Source: Phoronis australis (lineage: Eukaryota > Animalia > Phoronida). Taken from it: a stretch of 64,000 nucleotides of DNA. The translations under genes were made by a program, and so were the position numbers. This document shows positions 51,701-63,816 of this stretch, piece by piece. The stretch's first letter is position 1. Each line of letters starts with the position of its first letter. The notes beneath the pieces were generated by a model, which saw nothing but the letters and a program-made list of their open reading frames with translations, had not been told where the DNA came from and made no database searches. The stretch spans positions 468,632 to 532,631 of the forward strand of contig NMRA01000296.1 of assembly GCA_002633005.1 (NCBI GenBank), read 5' to 3'.

Positions 51701-54700
51701 GGTTAAAAATCCGCCTGTGAAAAAGGATGGATTAAAGGTCATGAGTGAATACGGTCCAATGGTTTTAAGGTGGTGCACCATAACAGCTTACAAGTTAATA
51801 GAGTATATCACACAACTCGTCATTATTTAAGCCGGCATATATTTCATCATATATCTAAGGGTGTATTGAATCACCCGCAACCTGGTCTTCGCACAAGTTC
51901 TATAGGCCCCCATTAGTAGCATACGATATGAAATATGCATGCATTCTAATACAATTTTTCATTCTATCAATATCAAGAATGCAGGTGGACGGTCAACTGT
52001 TAAACAAGACGGACACGAACACACTGCATACATGTACCATATCGCCAGTCTCGAAATCTCGGTAATATATTCTTGCTCTCGGGATAGTCAAATCAATGTA
52101 CCACGATTTAAGCGAGTGTCAATCAGAGTAGCAAACAGGCAGCACTACCGTGTATTCAAACGATTTTCGGCAAAATTTGACGCATTAGCCCACCAGCACT
52201 TGCCTGGGGAACCCATGCCGATCCATTGGTGCTACGTGGTCAGTACTGAGAGGCCAAAAAGGGTGTAGCGTCACGGTCGATTTCACGATTTACAAACGCA
52301 TCTTAAAGCTGCATTTCGTCCTGTTCACCTAGCTAAAAATGAAAATCGAACAAGGTCTTGCACTGTCATAAATTTGGTCTCCTTATATTCCTTACGGTGA
52401 CAGAAATCTGTTCCCGCTTTCACCGAGAAACATCGAGATAATGACGACTCATGAAAACGCTCGGAATTTATCGGGTTTGGCCAACCCCATTACTGCGAAT
52501 TCAAAAATAGCGCATGGCACATTGCCTGTAGCTTGAGTTTGTGTAAAATGAAATAGGATGCCGTTAATTAAGGTAAGGAATATTATGGTACCGATTTTAC
52601 GAGGGCTAAAGTCCTTTTCTAGTTTCGTTTTTAGCCAGCTAAACATGGCTAAATGTAGTTTTAAATTTCAATTAGTGACTTTCTTGTGAAATATTCAAAA
52701 TTCAGCAATGTTGTTAAGCGTATTTTGCATAGCACAGACAATTACAATGTACCACGAGTTTATATTTACCTGGTCCTCAGCGCATAGCTGTACATGTTCA
52801 GCCGGTCCAAGAGGGTCCATCGCCCTTTGTATTTGCCGCGGACCATAAGGTGCTGAAAACTGCCTCACATTCTGTTGTGATTGACATGAAAAAATCAATC
52901 ACAATCAAAGTCGGTAATCAGAGACACTTGCGAAAGTTAAAGCAGTTGTGCCTCGGTACAATACCCCAGTTTTATCATCACAAAAGTTATGAAATAAATG
53001 TATTTCCAGTATGAAAATCTTGTTGCGGTCACAAGTATCCGGAATACCAAATTCGAATAACTTGTGGACATAATCTGGGCTTATATGCGAAACTAAGGTG
53101 CATACGCCAATATGCGAGCCACTTGGGTAAAAAAAGGCGCGAAAAAAACATTATTTCGGTTAGAGGCCCATGGGCCTAAAGGCTGTACGGTAGTACATGA
53201 AAGTGAGCATGTTGCACCATATGATTTAGCACTGATTTTCGTTCGTCTTTCATTAGCATAAATTTTCCAGCAAAAGGCCCACGAGGAGGGGTTGTTCGCT
53301 GATGGCGCACATCGGGCATCACCCAGATGCCCATGTGGCCGGTCTGCCACTTTACAAAGGGTCCAATGCATGTAATACTCACATGCCCGCATCGGCCTTC
53401 CTTGGCCTTCCAATCGAGGCGTGATATGCCCTATTGAAACGAACCATATAAGAAAGATTCTTAGATTCAGAATACCGCCTGGACAGTTGAAGAAGGACTC
53501 ACGCAATTGTCATCAAGTGATCGACTGAGTTGAGCCGGAGCCGTCGTCAATCGAGGAACATCAAGTGATGGCTCACATGCGCCTAGGATTCACTCAAACC
53601 CAGGTGGCGCTTGTACATGCTCACACAGGTGTTTGAGTGCAATCCGAAACAGGCCTATATCTATCGATTTGTAACAGATCGACTGTCATTCTCATGTCAC
53701 TTTGGAAAACTTATTCTTAGGCTTAGGGGTCTAGTATGAAGGCTCACGCACCTAAATTCAAATGTAAGCGCACGTTCAAGTACGGGCAGGTGAGCACAAA
53801 GTTAAGTTCGAACGAAAGGACTGTTTCGAGAGCACACTGCACATTTGGATCAGTGTAAGGCGTAAGACAATCATTTAGCGTTTGACTTCAGAACTGTAAC
53901 GACTACTATATATTTTAGGTACATGCACGCCAATCGGTAATCAATTGGTCGGATGCTCAAGCCGTAAATTGACTGACGACATTCCAACATGTCAAGTTGG
54001 GGACAGCTTAGACGGCCTCCCAGAATACTCAAAAGAAGATCTTCATCGTCATCGAACGAAGGATACTGGAATATGGGTGACGTATAAAAATGGTGTGTAT
54101 GACGTCACGGATTTTGTGGAGGGTCACCCTGGAGGAGAAAGTATCTTATTGGCTGCAGGTGCATCGATAGAACCGTTTTGGAAAATGTATGCAACACATC
54201 ACAAGGAAGAGGTTTACAACATGCTCGAAGACATGCGCATTGGCAACATAAAAATTACAAAGCACGAGGCAGATGATAATGTTTTAGACCCCTATGCTAA
54301 TGAACCGAAGCGCCATCCAGAGTTTAGAATAAACTCTCTGAAACCCTTTGACGCGGATTGTCCTGTCGATCTCATTTTAGATAACTTTGTGACCCCTAAT
54401 GAGATTTTTTTCGTTAGAAACCATCTTCCAGTTCCCGTTGTAGATGCAGAGAATTATCGTTTAGTTGTTGAAATTGAAGGAGGTAGCAAGCTTCACCTCA
54501 CGCTGAACGAACTGAAGAGAAAGTTTGAGCAGTTTACTGTCATGTCTACGATACAGTGTACCGGTAACAGACGTGACGAAATGTCTGCTTACAAGAAAAT
54601 AAATGGGACAGGGAGTGGCTTATCACAAATTAGTAATGCCGTCTGGAAAGGTGTGAGACTCTCGGATGTTTTAGAATACGCTGGATTGTGTGGTGACCAT

Positions 54701-55408
54701 CACGATATTGCTCATGTGCAGTTTGAGGGACTGGATAAGGACATCGCTGGTGATGCGTACGCAGCCTCCATTCCCATTGAAATAGCACTGAACAGATATC
54801 GTGACGTTATTCTTGCTTATGAAATGAATGGTGAAGTGCTACCACGTGATCATGGATATCCCCTGCGGGTCGTTGTGCCGGGAGTTGTTGGTGCCAGAAA
54901 CGTGAAATGGCTCTCGCGTGTTTATGCGAGCAAAAACGAGAGCCCAAGTCACTGGCAGCAGAATGATTACAAAAGCTTCTGCCCGTCCGTCGAATGGAAA
55001 GGCGTCGACTTCAGCACGTCTCCGGCCATTCAAGATGGTCCCGTGCAGTCGGCTATAATGTACCCGAAAGAGGGCGACACAATCGTTTCGAACGAGGTTA
55101 ATATCAGGGGTTACGCGTGGAGCGGTGGTGGTCATGGCATTGTTCGTGTTGACGTTTCAATAGACGGTGGACATACGTGGACTGTTGCAGCACTTACTAA
55201 ACCTAAACAACGGCTCGGTCGCACGTGGGCCTGGACATTTTGGGATGTTATGGTTCCTGTTCCAAAAGACCATTCCGGAAAACTGGTGATTTTATGTAAA
55301 GCCGTCGACACAGCTCACAATACCCAACCAGATTCCTTGAAAGCAATATGGAACTTGAAGGGCGTTTTAAATAACTGCTGGCACCGAATTAATGTCACAG
55401 TTGATTGA
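48756..55408 (+). CDS. SUOX: Sulfite oxidase-family molybdoenzyme, mitochondrial (b5 + Moco + dimerisation domains), 561 aa, with divergent substrate pocket
   Basis: Exon 48756-48951 encodes an Arg-rich, acid-free presequence plus hydrophobic stretch and ends in a phase-1 gtgaat donor. It joins exon 53919-55408 (ttttag acceptor, phase 1). Motifs HPGG, FFVRNH, QCTGNRR, DHGYPLRVVVPG..GARNVKWL, GYAWSGGG, RVDVSIDGG. A probable non-coding exon ends at 48105 (gtaaga donor; acceptor 48744-48745). Confidence 0.92.
50626..50702 (-). mobile_element. tRNA-derived (SINE-like) sequence within a composite repeat in the SUOX intron
   Basis: Minus strand reads gggtcctcagtagctcagaggtgagagcactagaccggcaatctggagacctgtgcttcgattcccagttggggttc: A box, anticodon-like stem and B-box-like ttcgattcc. 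Acceptor and T stems are imperfect. Confidence 0.6.
50774..50830. repeat. ~24-bp-stem hairpin adjacent to the tRNA-like sequence
   Basis: ttttcacacgggatttggacaatt-attatac-aattgtccaaaccccgagtgagaaa. Confidence 0.7.
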
Positions 55409-56391
55409 ATTGTATTAAAGTTCCCCTAAGCAGACGAAACTTACGTCTAACGCTGATTCAATGCATTTATGAAAGAGGTGAAAATATTCAAAACAGTCGT
55501 CAAAATTGAATGGTGCCTAGAATACCGAGGAATCAGTTATAGTCGGGTTTTGTCACGCTTTTTACTTCGCAAACTGGTCGAGAAGGTAGCTCGCAATCAT
55601 TCTGGTCGAGTTTCAGAAAGAAGGCGACGGGCTGTGCAGTTATATGTTGCAGCCGTCGTCGATCTGCAGGAAGCTAAATTTCGTGACATCGTCATGTTTG
55701 GCGGGGGTTTTTGAAAAAGGTGCAAGTGGACTCAGTGATCCTGGTTTGATCATGCGTGCCGGCATGCTTTGAGTGAGAAAAGTCCATTTATTTTACCGAA
55801 GGTTTACTTTTCTTCCCATTTGTGACGACCGCTTGGCTAGACTGCGGTGTTTCCGCCACAGAGCCTAGTCGCCGTACAGTCCGCTGCAAAAGTTATCTAC
55901 GAATATAATAGAAGCAAATGCCGATATGTTCCAGTGTGTGTGGCACTTCCCGAGTGGAACAGAAGTTGGGCAAAACATTATCGAGTCAAGTTACTGGGCG
56001 TAACCCCTAAGGCAATCATTTCTCTTCAAGCAACACAACGAGATTTTATGCAGGAATTTATCTTGAAAATCGATCGTCACTGCTCATCAGACCGGCTGGT
56101 GATGTTGACGTTGATGATGTTGTAACTATTAACAAGTAATGCTTTGTTAAATTTTAGTTATTGTGTCTTTTTATCAGCAGGTCAATTGACTGGAAAGAGT
56201 CAATTATGGAACTCTGAAAATCATATGTGGACTGCGCTAACTCGCCTTCTGAACCTAAGAGTAAAGCCAACTTGAAGTTTATAGTATCCGTAAACTTATG
56301 TTTGAGGACTTCCAAACGTTCATGGTCAACCGAGTGGTAACGGGGTATTATCATTTGTTTTCAAAGGTACTAGCTAAAATATACGTACTTA

Positions 56392-56434
56392 GCACGCACA
56401 CGCACACGCACACGCACACACGCACACACACACA
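56392..56434. repeat. (CACG/CA)n microsatellite
   Basis: gcacgcacacgcacacgcacac run. Confidence 0.9.
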
Positions 56435-57699
56435 TACTTTGTGAAGTAAAACGTAAGACAAATCCTGATTATATCTGATTCTTCCGCGGTAATAGAGTCA
56501 TCTCTTCAAGATCGGGTTTCCCCCCGAATTACCCCCTTCTTTATGCAGCAATTTCCACTCCACTGGAAATTGCGAGCGCCAAATTACCCAATTAAAGGTT
56601 GCCTCTCACAACATCACCAGATTCCTACTCACGAGAAAATGCAATTCATTCCAGGCATACATTCTTTTCCTCCCACTTCCAACGAAACCAAGAAATCCAG
56701 GGTCGGAAAATGCGGTCCTCACAGCAAACAGCGTTCCTCCGGAGCTCGCCGTCCTACAAACGCGTGGATTTACCCAACACTGAATTCTGAAAACGTAAAT
56801 ATTGAAGAATCCAAAAACGGCGAAAGAAGGTTACAAGAATGCCTAGAATTTTCATTGCCGGTGAACTTGTACTGTTCGACAGCTATAGCTAGATTCTTTG
56901 GCCTGCACCCCGCAGTTCTGCCTTTCCTCATTCAAAATATGCTGGCTCGCACTAGCAAATGGGACTCATTGACCCCACTAGCAACGTTTGCTTCAAAAGT
57001 GCCGCCAAACATCGACGGTATAACCGAATTTAAGTTCTAGTTCTAACTGGCAGTGTCACATTGATGCACTCTCTTTTTTAAGCTGAGTTCGATCGACACC
57101 AAGAAAACCAGGTTCGAAATATGCTGCCAAAGTGCAAATGACCTCGACACTGTTTTTCCGAACCTCATCGCATTCCTGCAAACGTATGCTCTTGGACAAC
57201 ACATAGGCCTATTTTGAACAAATCATATCCCGGTACTGCAAGGTAATGCAAAATCCAAAATACTGATAAAAAACTTTCAAAGATTTAGATTAGATTTTTA
57301 CGACGTCGGACTATCAGGCAGCTTCAACTATTAGAGCTAGACAATGCGTTTGATAAGTTGCAGTCCAACCGGGGAAACAGAATGGAGATTGTTTTCCCCG
57401 TCAATTTCTGCGTTGGCAGCCATTTTGATTTCACTGGGCAACAGATGTCCTAGCGGATTGGTATCGGATTGCTATAAAGAGATTTCGCAGACCGTATGTT
57501 ACAGGATATCGAATATCAAACACGCGTTCTTATCCCTTAAGTGTGTGAATACGGCCATTGAATACGCCGCGAAACACGTCATGAAATAGGGGAAAGTAGA
57601 GCCAATCCGTATACAGCGATAGAGGCCGCATTTAACCGTTGATATACCACAGTCTTCTGGCGGAGTAAATTCTCGTGAACGACGGTGAATTTTATTGGG

Positions 57700-58430
57700 C
57701 TACCTAAAGCATTGATCGGAATACACATTGCATGTGGTCTGATGTCACTTGCGGTGCATCAGACGTGCGCAGGCCTCCTGGTTGGGCCCATTGCACAAAA
57801 CACGTGAGCTTAAAGCACGAGAGCCCCGTTTTGGTTCTTCGAAATGAGTTTTCAAATTTGTCTGTCTCCTTTAAGAAAGAGGACAGACGTTTCCGTTTGT
57901 TGCCATGCACTATATGTTGTAGGCATGTAACAGTGCCATCCAGTAGGTTGCTCCTTAGCCTGTAAAAAGCTGGACAAGACTCTACCAGCTGTTAGGGGTT
58001 TCAACATCAGTACCACACTCGGTACACACTGGGCTCCCCGTATGCCCAGTAATGTCTCTATGTCGGGCTAGGTTACAGTGGCGCGACAAAGTTTGAATGA
58101 CGAGACTTAGGCCCAATTTGTCAAGACTCGGAAGGTTTATTGAAGCTTTTGGTTTGATCACATTGAGAAAACTTTCCTCGGTTTCCCTACAGGAGTCAAG
58201 TGAAGCCCATTGGGTTGATGACTTGCGTATTCTCATCCTGCAGCCTCCGTTAGATACCGGGATAACACGTTCAGGCACACAATCCACAACCCTTAGTTCT
58301 GCTCCTATCTTTGCAAGTCTGTCTGCATTTTCATTGCCGTCAATTCACACATGGGCCCTAACCCATCCTATATTGACGGTTCTTCCAATTGCAAGCTGAT
58401 TAAGCTCATTAATGCGAGCATTGATCGAAG
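57700..58430 (-). mobile_element. 3' fragment of an RNase H-encoding non-LTR retrotransposon (I/Nimb/R1-group-like)
   Basis: Minus strand reads WVRAHV*IDGNENADRLAK (RNase H motif, with G->stop), then SRHCNLARH and CTECGTDVETP (CCHC-type), a frameshift, and ..SSFLKET. Confidence 0.8.
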
Positions 58431-59186
58431 GCGTCGTTGCAAATAAGCAGGCTGACTACTTTAAAAATTATGCGCTTTCAACAAAGATTTACCAATGAAA
58501 ATTCCGGACGCATGGTGATCACACGACTATTTTTAGGCTTCACTGCAGGCAAAAATCTAACTCAAATTAAACGGAAACGTTTTGTTATGAGTGCATGCAG
58601 TATATCTACACTGATAAATAAAACATTTACAGAAAATTCGACTTACTATGGAGATTGCGTGTTTACTGACAGAATCTGTTCATCTGCTCACAGAGTTGCT
58701 GGACTCTCCCACGCTGTTTGCGTAAAATCTGCTTTTAGCGATACAGTCCTTACACCGCGTTCTGCGAATCAGCACAGTTTCCACCGTTACTTTCGGGGGC
58801 TGCGATTAACACGGTGGAATATTTCTACTACTATTTCCATTCCAGAAGCTAAGATGCGAAAATGGACTGAAAGTTAAGACATTTATCGAAGCTAAGACGA
58901 TACACTGCTGCTCGACTTTTCAGTTGTTTCAATTTCATATATCCGGATGGATTGTTGCCGACGAACTTTTGAAATTATTGAATGGTTCATTGTTTTAACT
59001 TGTACATTGCAGCAACTGAAAATTCTGAGGGAATTTCCGTACGATAAAACTCATTTTTTCTGCGCAAATGTATGCATTTTATATCACTAACGTATGACGA
59101 ATCCAGCTCGAGTAACCAGAGATCTGCGAATAGTACTTCAACAAGTTACAAATCTTAAATTTTAGTTTTGACTATTTTACCGGGTG

Positions 59187-59269
59187 TGGAAGTTTCAAAG
59201 CTTGGAAGTTAAGACAAACCTTAGACTTAAGTAAAAAATGGACTTAAGTCAGCTTCTTGGAACAGGCCC
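59187..59269 (+). mobile_element. Partial copy of the 5192-5437 MITE
   Basis: tggaagtttcaaagcttggaagttaagacaaaccttagacttaagt...ttcttggaacaggccc matches 5356-5438. Confidence 0.7.
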
Positions 59270-60439
59270 TAGAGTTGTTAGCATTTCACAAACCTTCATT
59301 GACGGTTATTTCAGACTAGGAAAGCATCTACTAGTTTTTTGGGGTCAAATGACACATATTTCGCCAAATTTTAACCTACATCAAAAAAGTTCACTAACTG
59401 AAATTCTCACAAATCCCACGAGGTTTCGAAGCCCTTCTCAAAGGAATCTTTATACCTGTATCTGTGCGTGTTAACCTGGGAGAGGTTTCAGTGTAAGATT
59501 CGAACTTGCACTTCAAAAAAATCATTGAAATCTTTGTATATGATTGCGTGAGATAATTCAAGTCCCTTAACCTTACACATAATCAGTTAGACTGCTTATG
59601 TGCACAGCCCTCAAAAATCTTTCCCGCGACAGTCTGATCTACACAGCGAGTTTAGCACGCAAAAATAATGATTTCTTGCGATCTCCAAAAGAAGTGCTAT
59701 TGGATTTTTGAGTGAAATGTCGATATTGTTATCCTGAATTGGAACATTATAATTTGTATAATTCACAAATGGTGTCAAATTCCCATCCATTTTTCCAAGT
59801 TCAGTCTTTTGAATGTTACCGTGTCAGAAGTTGGTGTTGCGGGGAATAAGTTTGATGCTGAAGTGTAAAAAATATTTAATTGTTTTCTAAACCACGGTGA
59901 GCAGGAGATTTCATCTATTTTCCCGCTATAACAATTGAGAGTGTCAGATTTCTAGTGGCAAAAAGGGAAATTCATGTCCAGGACTGTCATAAGAGGCCAG
60001 GAAGATGACCCTGGAGAAACGGAGCTTTGCATTGCCTACTTTAAAGTTGTGAAGCAACATGGAAAATCTTTGTACATTAAGTTTTCTTGAACTTTTTAGA
60101 AATATTAGTAGGAACTATTAGTCTTCTTACACGCTATGTGTTGGTGTTGAAATGATCATTATCTAGTGTCAAAGTTGGAAACCCGAATTTAAAAAAGGGG
60201 GCGCCTAACAAAAGTACACCGTCTAGGACAACCCCAAGAGTAATCTGGATCTGGTAGTAGGCCTAGACAATGTTACGTTTCATCCGTGATGTATCTCTTT
60301 TCTATGCCCTGCCTTTCTCCTAACATTTTTGCTCGAGTCTGCCGGTCGTCACCAAGATATCACCCCTACGTTCATGCACATGTTTTCCTACTTCCCGTCT
60401 CCTACGGCCCTGCTAACTTGGGCTTGACGTGCGATTGGG

Positions 60440-61407
60440 TTTTAAAGTGTACACAACTTGACTCTAGTACCTCAAAATAAATTTTATTATTATATCTTAC
60501 TTGATTTCAGTGCTTTTAGTGCACAGCTCATAAAGAAACACGCAAAAATTTAAGAAATAATAATTATGTACAACGTCATGGGTTGAACCCAAGTCGTTTG
60601 ACACACTGTTCGGATCAGAGACAAAGTGTATAGAGTGAAGAGAAAGCAAAGTACATTTGCGTCAAGAAGGTTCGTAGAGGGACCAAAAGACGTGCTTCAG
60701 CAACAGCTAGCAGCCAGGCGGAGAACGTCTCGGTGTTCCGAAGGACACCAAAGTTGCGCAGAAGTGGCATCGCTTCGTGCACCGAACGAGAGTGTGGGAC
60801 GTCATCTTGGACCAAGCGATTCGGTCCGGGGCCACTCCGTGTTCTGCCCACGTTGAGGACTCGTGTTTCGACTCCAGTGACACAGGAGACGTTACGATGA
60901 AGGCCTGGTTCAATAAAGGGCAATATTTATCATTCAGAAACATCAGCTCTCTATTCAGGATCGTCTGTTGGATGACTGAGTTGACTCGCCGAGCCCGAGG
61001 CCGCTTCTCTCGCGGGAGGGTCCAGTTCGTAAGGCTCAACGTAGAAAAGTACGCAGCCGGAAGCACATTAAACTTGTTCTCGCTTTCGTGCAACCCCATT
61101 TCCTCATCCTGGCCACCATTCCCGTACGTTTTTTCATAGTATTCGTTCAATTCTTGCTCACAATCGTCGTCGCTTTCAAATTCCCTGCTCTCCGCCATTG
61201 TTCAATGCTAGTCACTGATCTCTTGGATTCAACCCATGACGTCGCATGGCGGGAAATGTGAAAATTGGCAAAATTGAAAGAAAAATCAAAATTTCGAGCT
61301 AATTACACAAAATAAACATTGCTTTAGCTAAATTTTACGTCATACATTTAGTCTGTGGCCACCGGTAATTCAAAATGTGCAAAAATCCATGGTGTTTACT
61401 GTTTAAA
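60440..61407. mobile_element. Putative non-autonomous DNA element (Kolobok-like?) with internal 21-bp inverted repeats enclosing a 163-aa ORF
   Basis: acgtcatgggttgaacccaag (60573-60593) and cttggattcaacccatgacgt (61222-61242). The GC-rich core carries ORF 60707-61198 (-). TTAA-flanked outer ends are only weakly symmetric. Confidence 0.4.
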
Positions 61408-62559
61408 AGCATTGTTGTATTCCATGCTCTTCAGTGCCCTATTCCGTATGCTGAAGGTATTTGCTCCGTGTTATTACGCTTAAGGACAGCTATGGTCACG
61501 TGATACGTATATTAAGTGCGGGCTACATTTCAAGAAAAATTGTGAGTAGAAATCTAACGAAGCCTCATACCAAGAACAAAAGGCTAGATTTCGAAAACTC
61601 GTTTGAAATCGGCTGTAAACCCACTTTCCGTCCAGGAAGCGATATTTTGATTTAGACCACTCGCTGTAGAGTTTTTGATAGGCCCTAGTGACGCAGCTTA
61701 CTGGGGGAGCAGCCCACTATTTCAAAGGTGCACTACTCTGAAGGTTCACTACTCCGAAAAGATCTAAAGTTTCAGACTTGGGTGTAATGATATACTTTTA
61801 CCTGCGACACTTCGGTTATTAGATGCACTTGAGTGTACCTATGCTGAACGCCTGGATTTCATGCGCATGCGAAATTGCCCGCATGTCTTTCGAATACGGA
61901 AAATGAGTACGTACTTGGATTTGTAAAAGAATATGAAGTAGGAATGTTGATGAATTATCAACCAGACTATACATTCATCAAATCCATGTCAAGGTCGCAT
62001 CATTTCACAGCGTGACGAGCTCCACTAGTCTGCTAGCCGCTGCACCTGAAAACTCACCCACCGGAACCACGTGCATGGCCGGGTCGAAACTAAATGTAGT
62101 TAGTAGTCTGTACCCAGTCCCTGCCAGTCTTCACGAAGTCGGAGAGTCCCATTCAATCTTCTTAAATTTAAAACCGCAACTATATGGTCGCTATCACTCG
62201 GGTCCTGACTCCATCCCGCAGTGTTCAACTAGTTGAGACTGAATGAGTCCGGCGATAGTTTGATTCAAGCTGCGTTTGGCAGTGACTGGCTGAGCTCATT
62301 TGTAAAGTTAACAACGCAATCAAAGTTTCAAAAACTATTTAACTTTTGCACACCCTTTAAATAGTTAGCCTACTAAATGCAAACATGAATCAAAAAGGTA
62401 GGCCTACATGTAGTTTAGCTGTGGTTGCTGGCTTGCTGATGAAATTGACGGGCGTTTTTTATTTGAAATAAAATATTTCAGCACATTGTCGGATACGAGA
62501 CATATTCGTATTCATAGTCTATCGTTTTATATGCACATGCGGCACAGCTGGTACGCTAG

Positions 62560-62715
62560 TTGGGCTAGAGACGGACTCTTCTGCAGATTCTGGACTAGTC
62601 CGGTAGTGAGAGCACGCGGTCACTAGGAGGCGTGACGATAGACAAAAGTCTCCACAGTATAGAGGTCAAATCTTTGTTCACTCATTGTTGATTTAAGACC
62701 AGTGGCGAGGTGAGT
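62560..62715 (+). promoter_or_regulatory. Candidate first (non-coding) exon of a downstream gene
   Basis: GC-rich patch with CTCF-like tcactaggaggcg (~62620) ending in a consensus donor gag|gtgagt at 62709/62710. Confidence 0.25.
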
Positions 62716-63816
62716 GTGTTTTCTCTCGTGTATTTCTCGGTGTAGGTTCTTAACAATGCATTTAAATGCATCCGGACTTATAGAATGTTATATAGGCGTG
62801 CTGTGTATTTGTAGATAGTATAAAATAATGTTGCATACGACTCAGGAAGGAGGTGGTAAGGATGATTTCCCGCCGCGGCATTGACATTTTTAATTTTACG
62901 CCATTTGCGCTTTGTGTTGCGCTGTAAATTTGCGATGAGAGCACAGTCACTCGACGTGAGACTATAATATATAGAAGGCATGATAGAGCGATCCAATACG
63001 GCAGCCTATCAGGCAAGTTTTTATTGGCTAAACTAGTCCGACAGTCGACTGCAAAAATACGCTTCAAATGAGACCCTGAGAGACTTGCATCTTTGTTCCA
63101 CCGCTAGGATCGCTAGTAGCGTGTGTCTGTCCAGTCACCAGCCTCCCATTTGTTTGCTCTGTTTGCAGCTAGTTTATGGTATATTATCGATTGGCATGTG
63201 ATTGGCATTCGTTGAAAACTTGTTTGTTTGATTAATAAAGACTTTCCGGAGGTGCTAAATTTTTCGCAATATAATGTGTTCTTTTAAGACTTAATTTACG
63301 GTTGAAACAAAAGTGTTTCCATTCCATGTACCCATCGTTGACTGTGAAATGAGACTTACAGATTTACAGTTATTCTTTAAATTTACTATGATGGTGTGCG
63401 AAGAGGTACTTAATTGGAATTTTCATTGTCTAATGACTTGTTTTTACCAAAGTTGATTCATGTGCCAGTCGAGATATTTTCGTTAGATTAATCTGTGAGG
63501 AAGGTGAGGACATGGAACAATGAAATCAGTGGATATTGCGATGAGTGTGTGTCGCTCTTTCAGAGAATAGATTGGTTCCCATAAAAGTGTCAAAGCTGCC
63601 TGGCCACTCCTGTAGTGAAATTGCTGTGGTGTTAATGACTGCAAGTGTGTACAGAAACAAATGAATCAATACTAAGCATTCCTGGCTTTTCACACGCAGT
63701 AAAATTGTAATTGAAGATGATCACATCTCAAGGCAGCCATGTGATCCAATGTCAATCATTTTTTTAATTCATTGTTGAGTGAACGCAAATTACTGAAACA
63801 AGGGTTCTGTTGTACC

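Noticed and set aside
54839-55135. 98-aa antisense ORF
   Set aside because: Shadow of the SUOX coding strand with no independent support.
53945-55408. SUOX as an intronless, TTG-initiated or horizontally acquired bacterial gene
   Set aside because: It has a splice acceptor at 53917-53918, a phase-matched upstream presequence exon and an animal-type b5 fusion.
56543-57040. 165-aa ORF
   Set aside because: No recognisable domain or splice context; likely a chance ORF in repeat-derived sequence.
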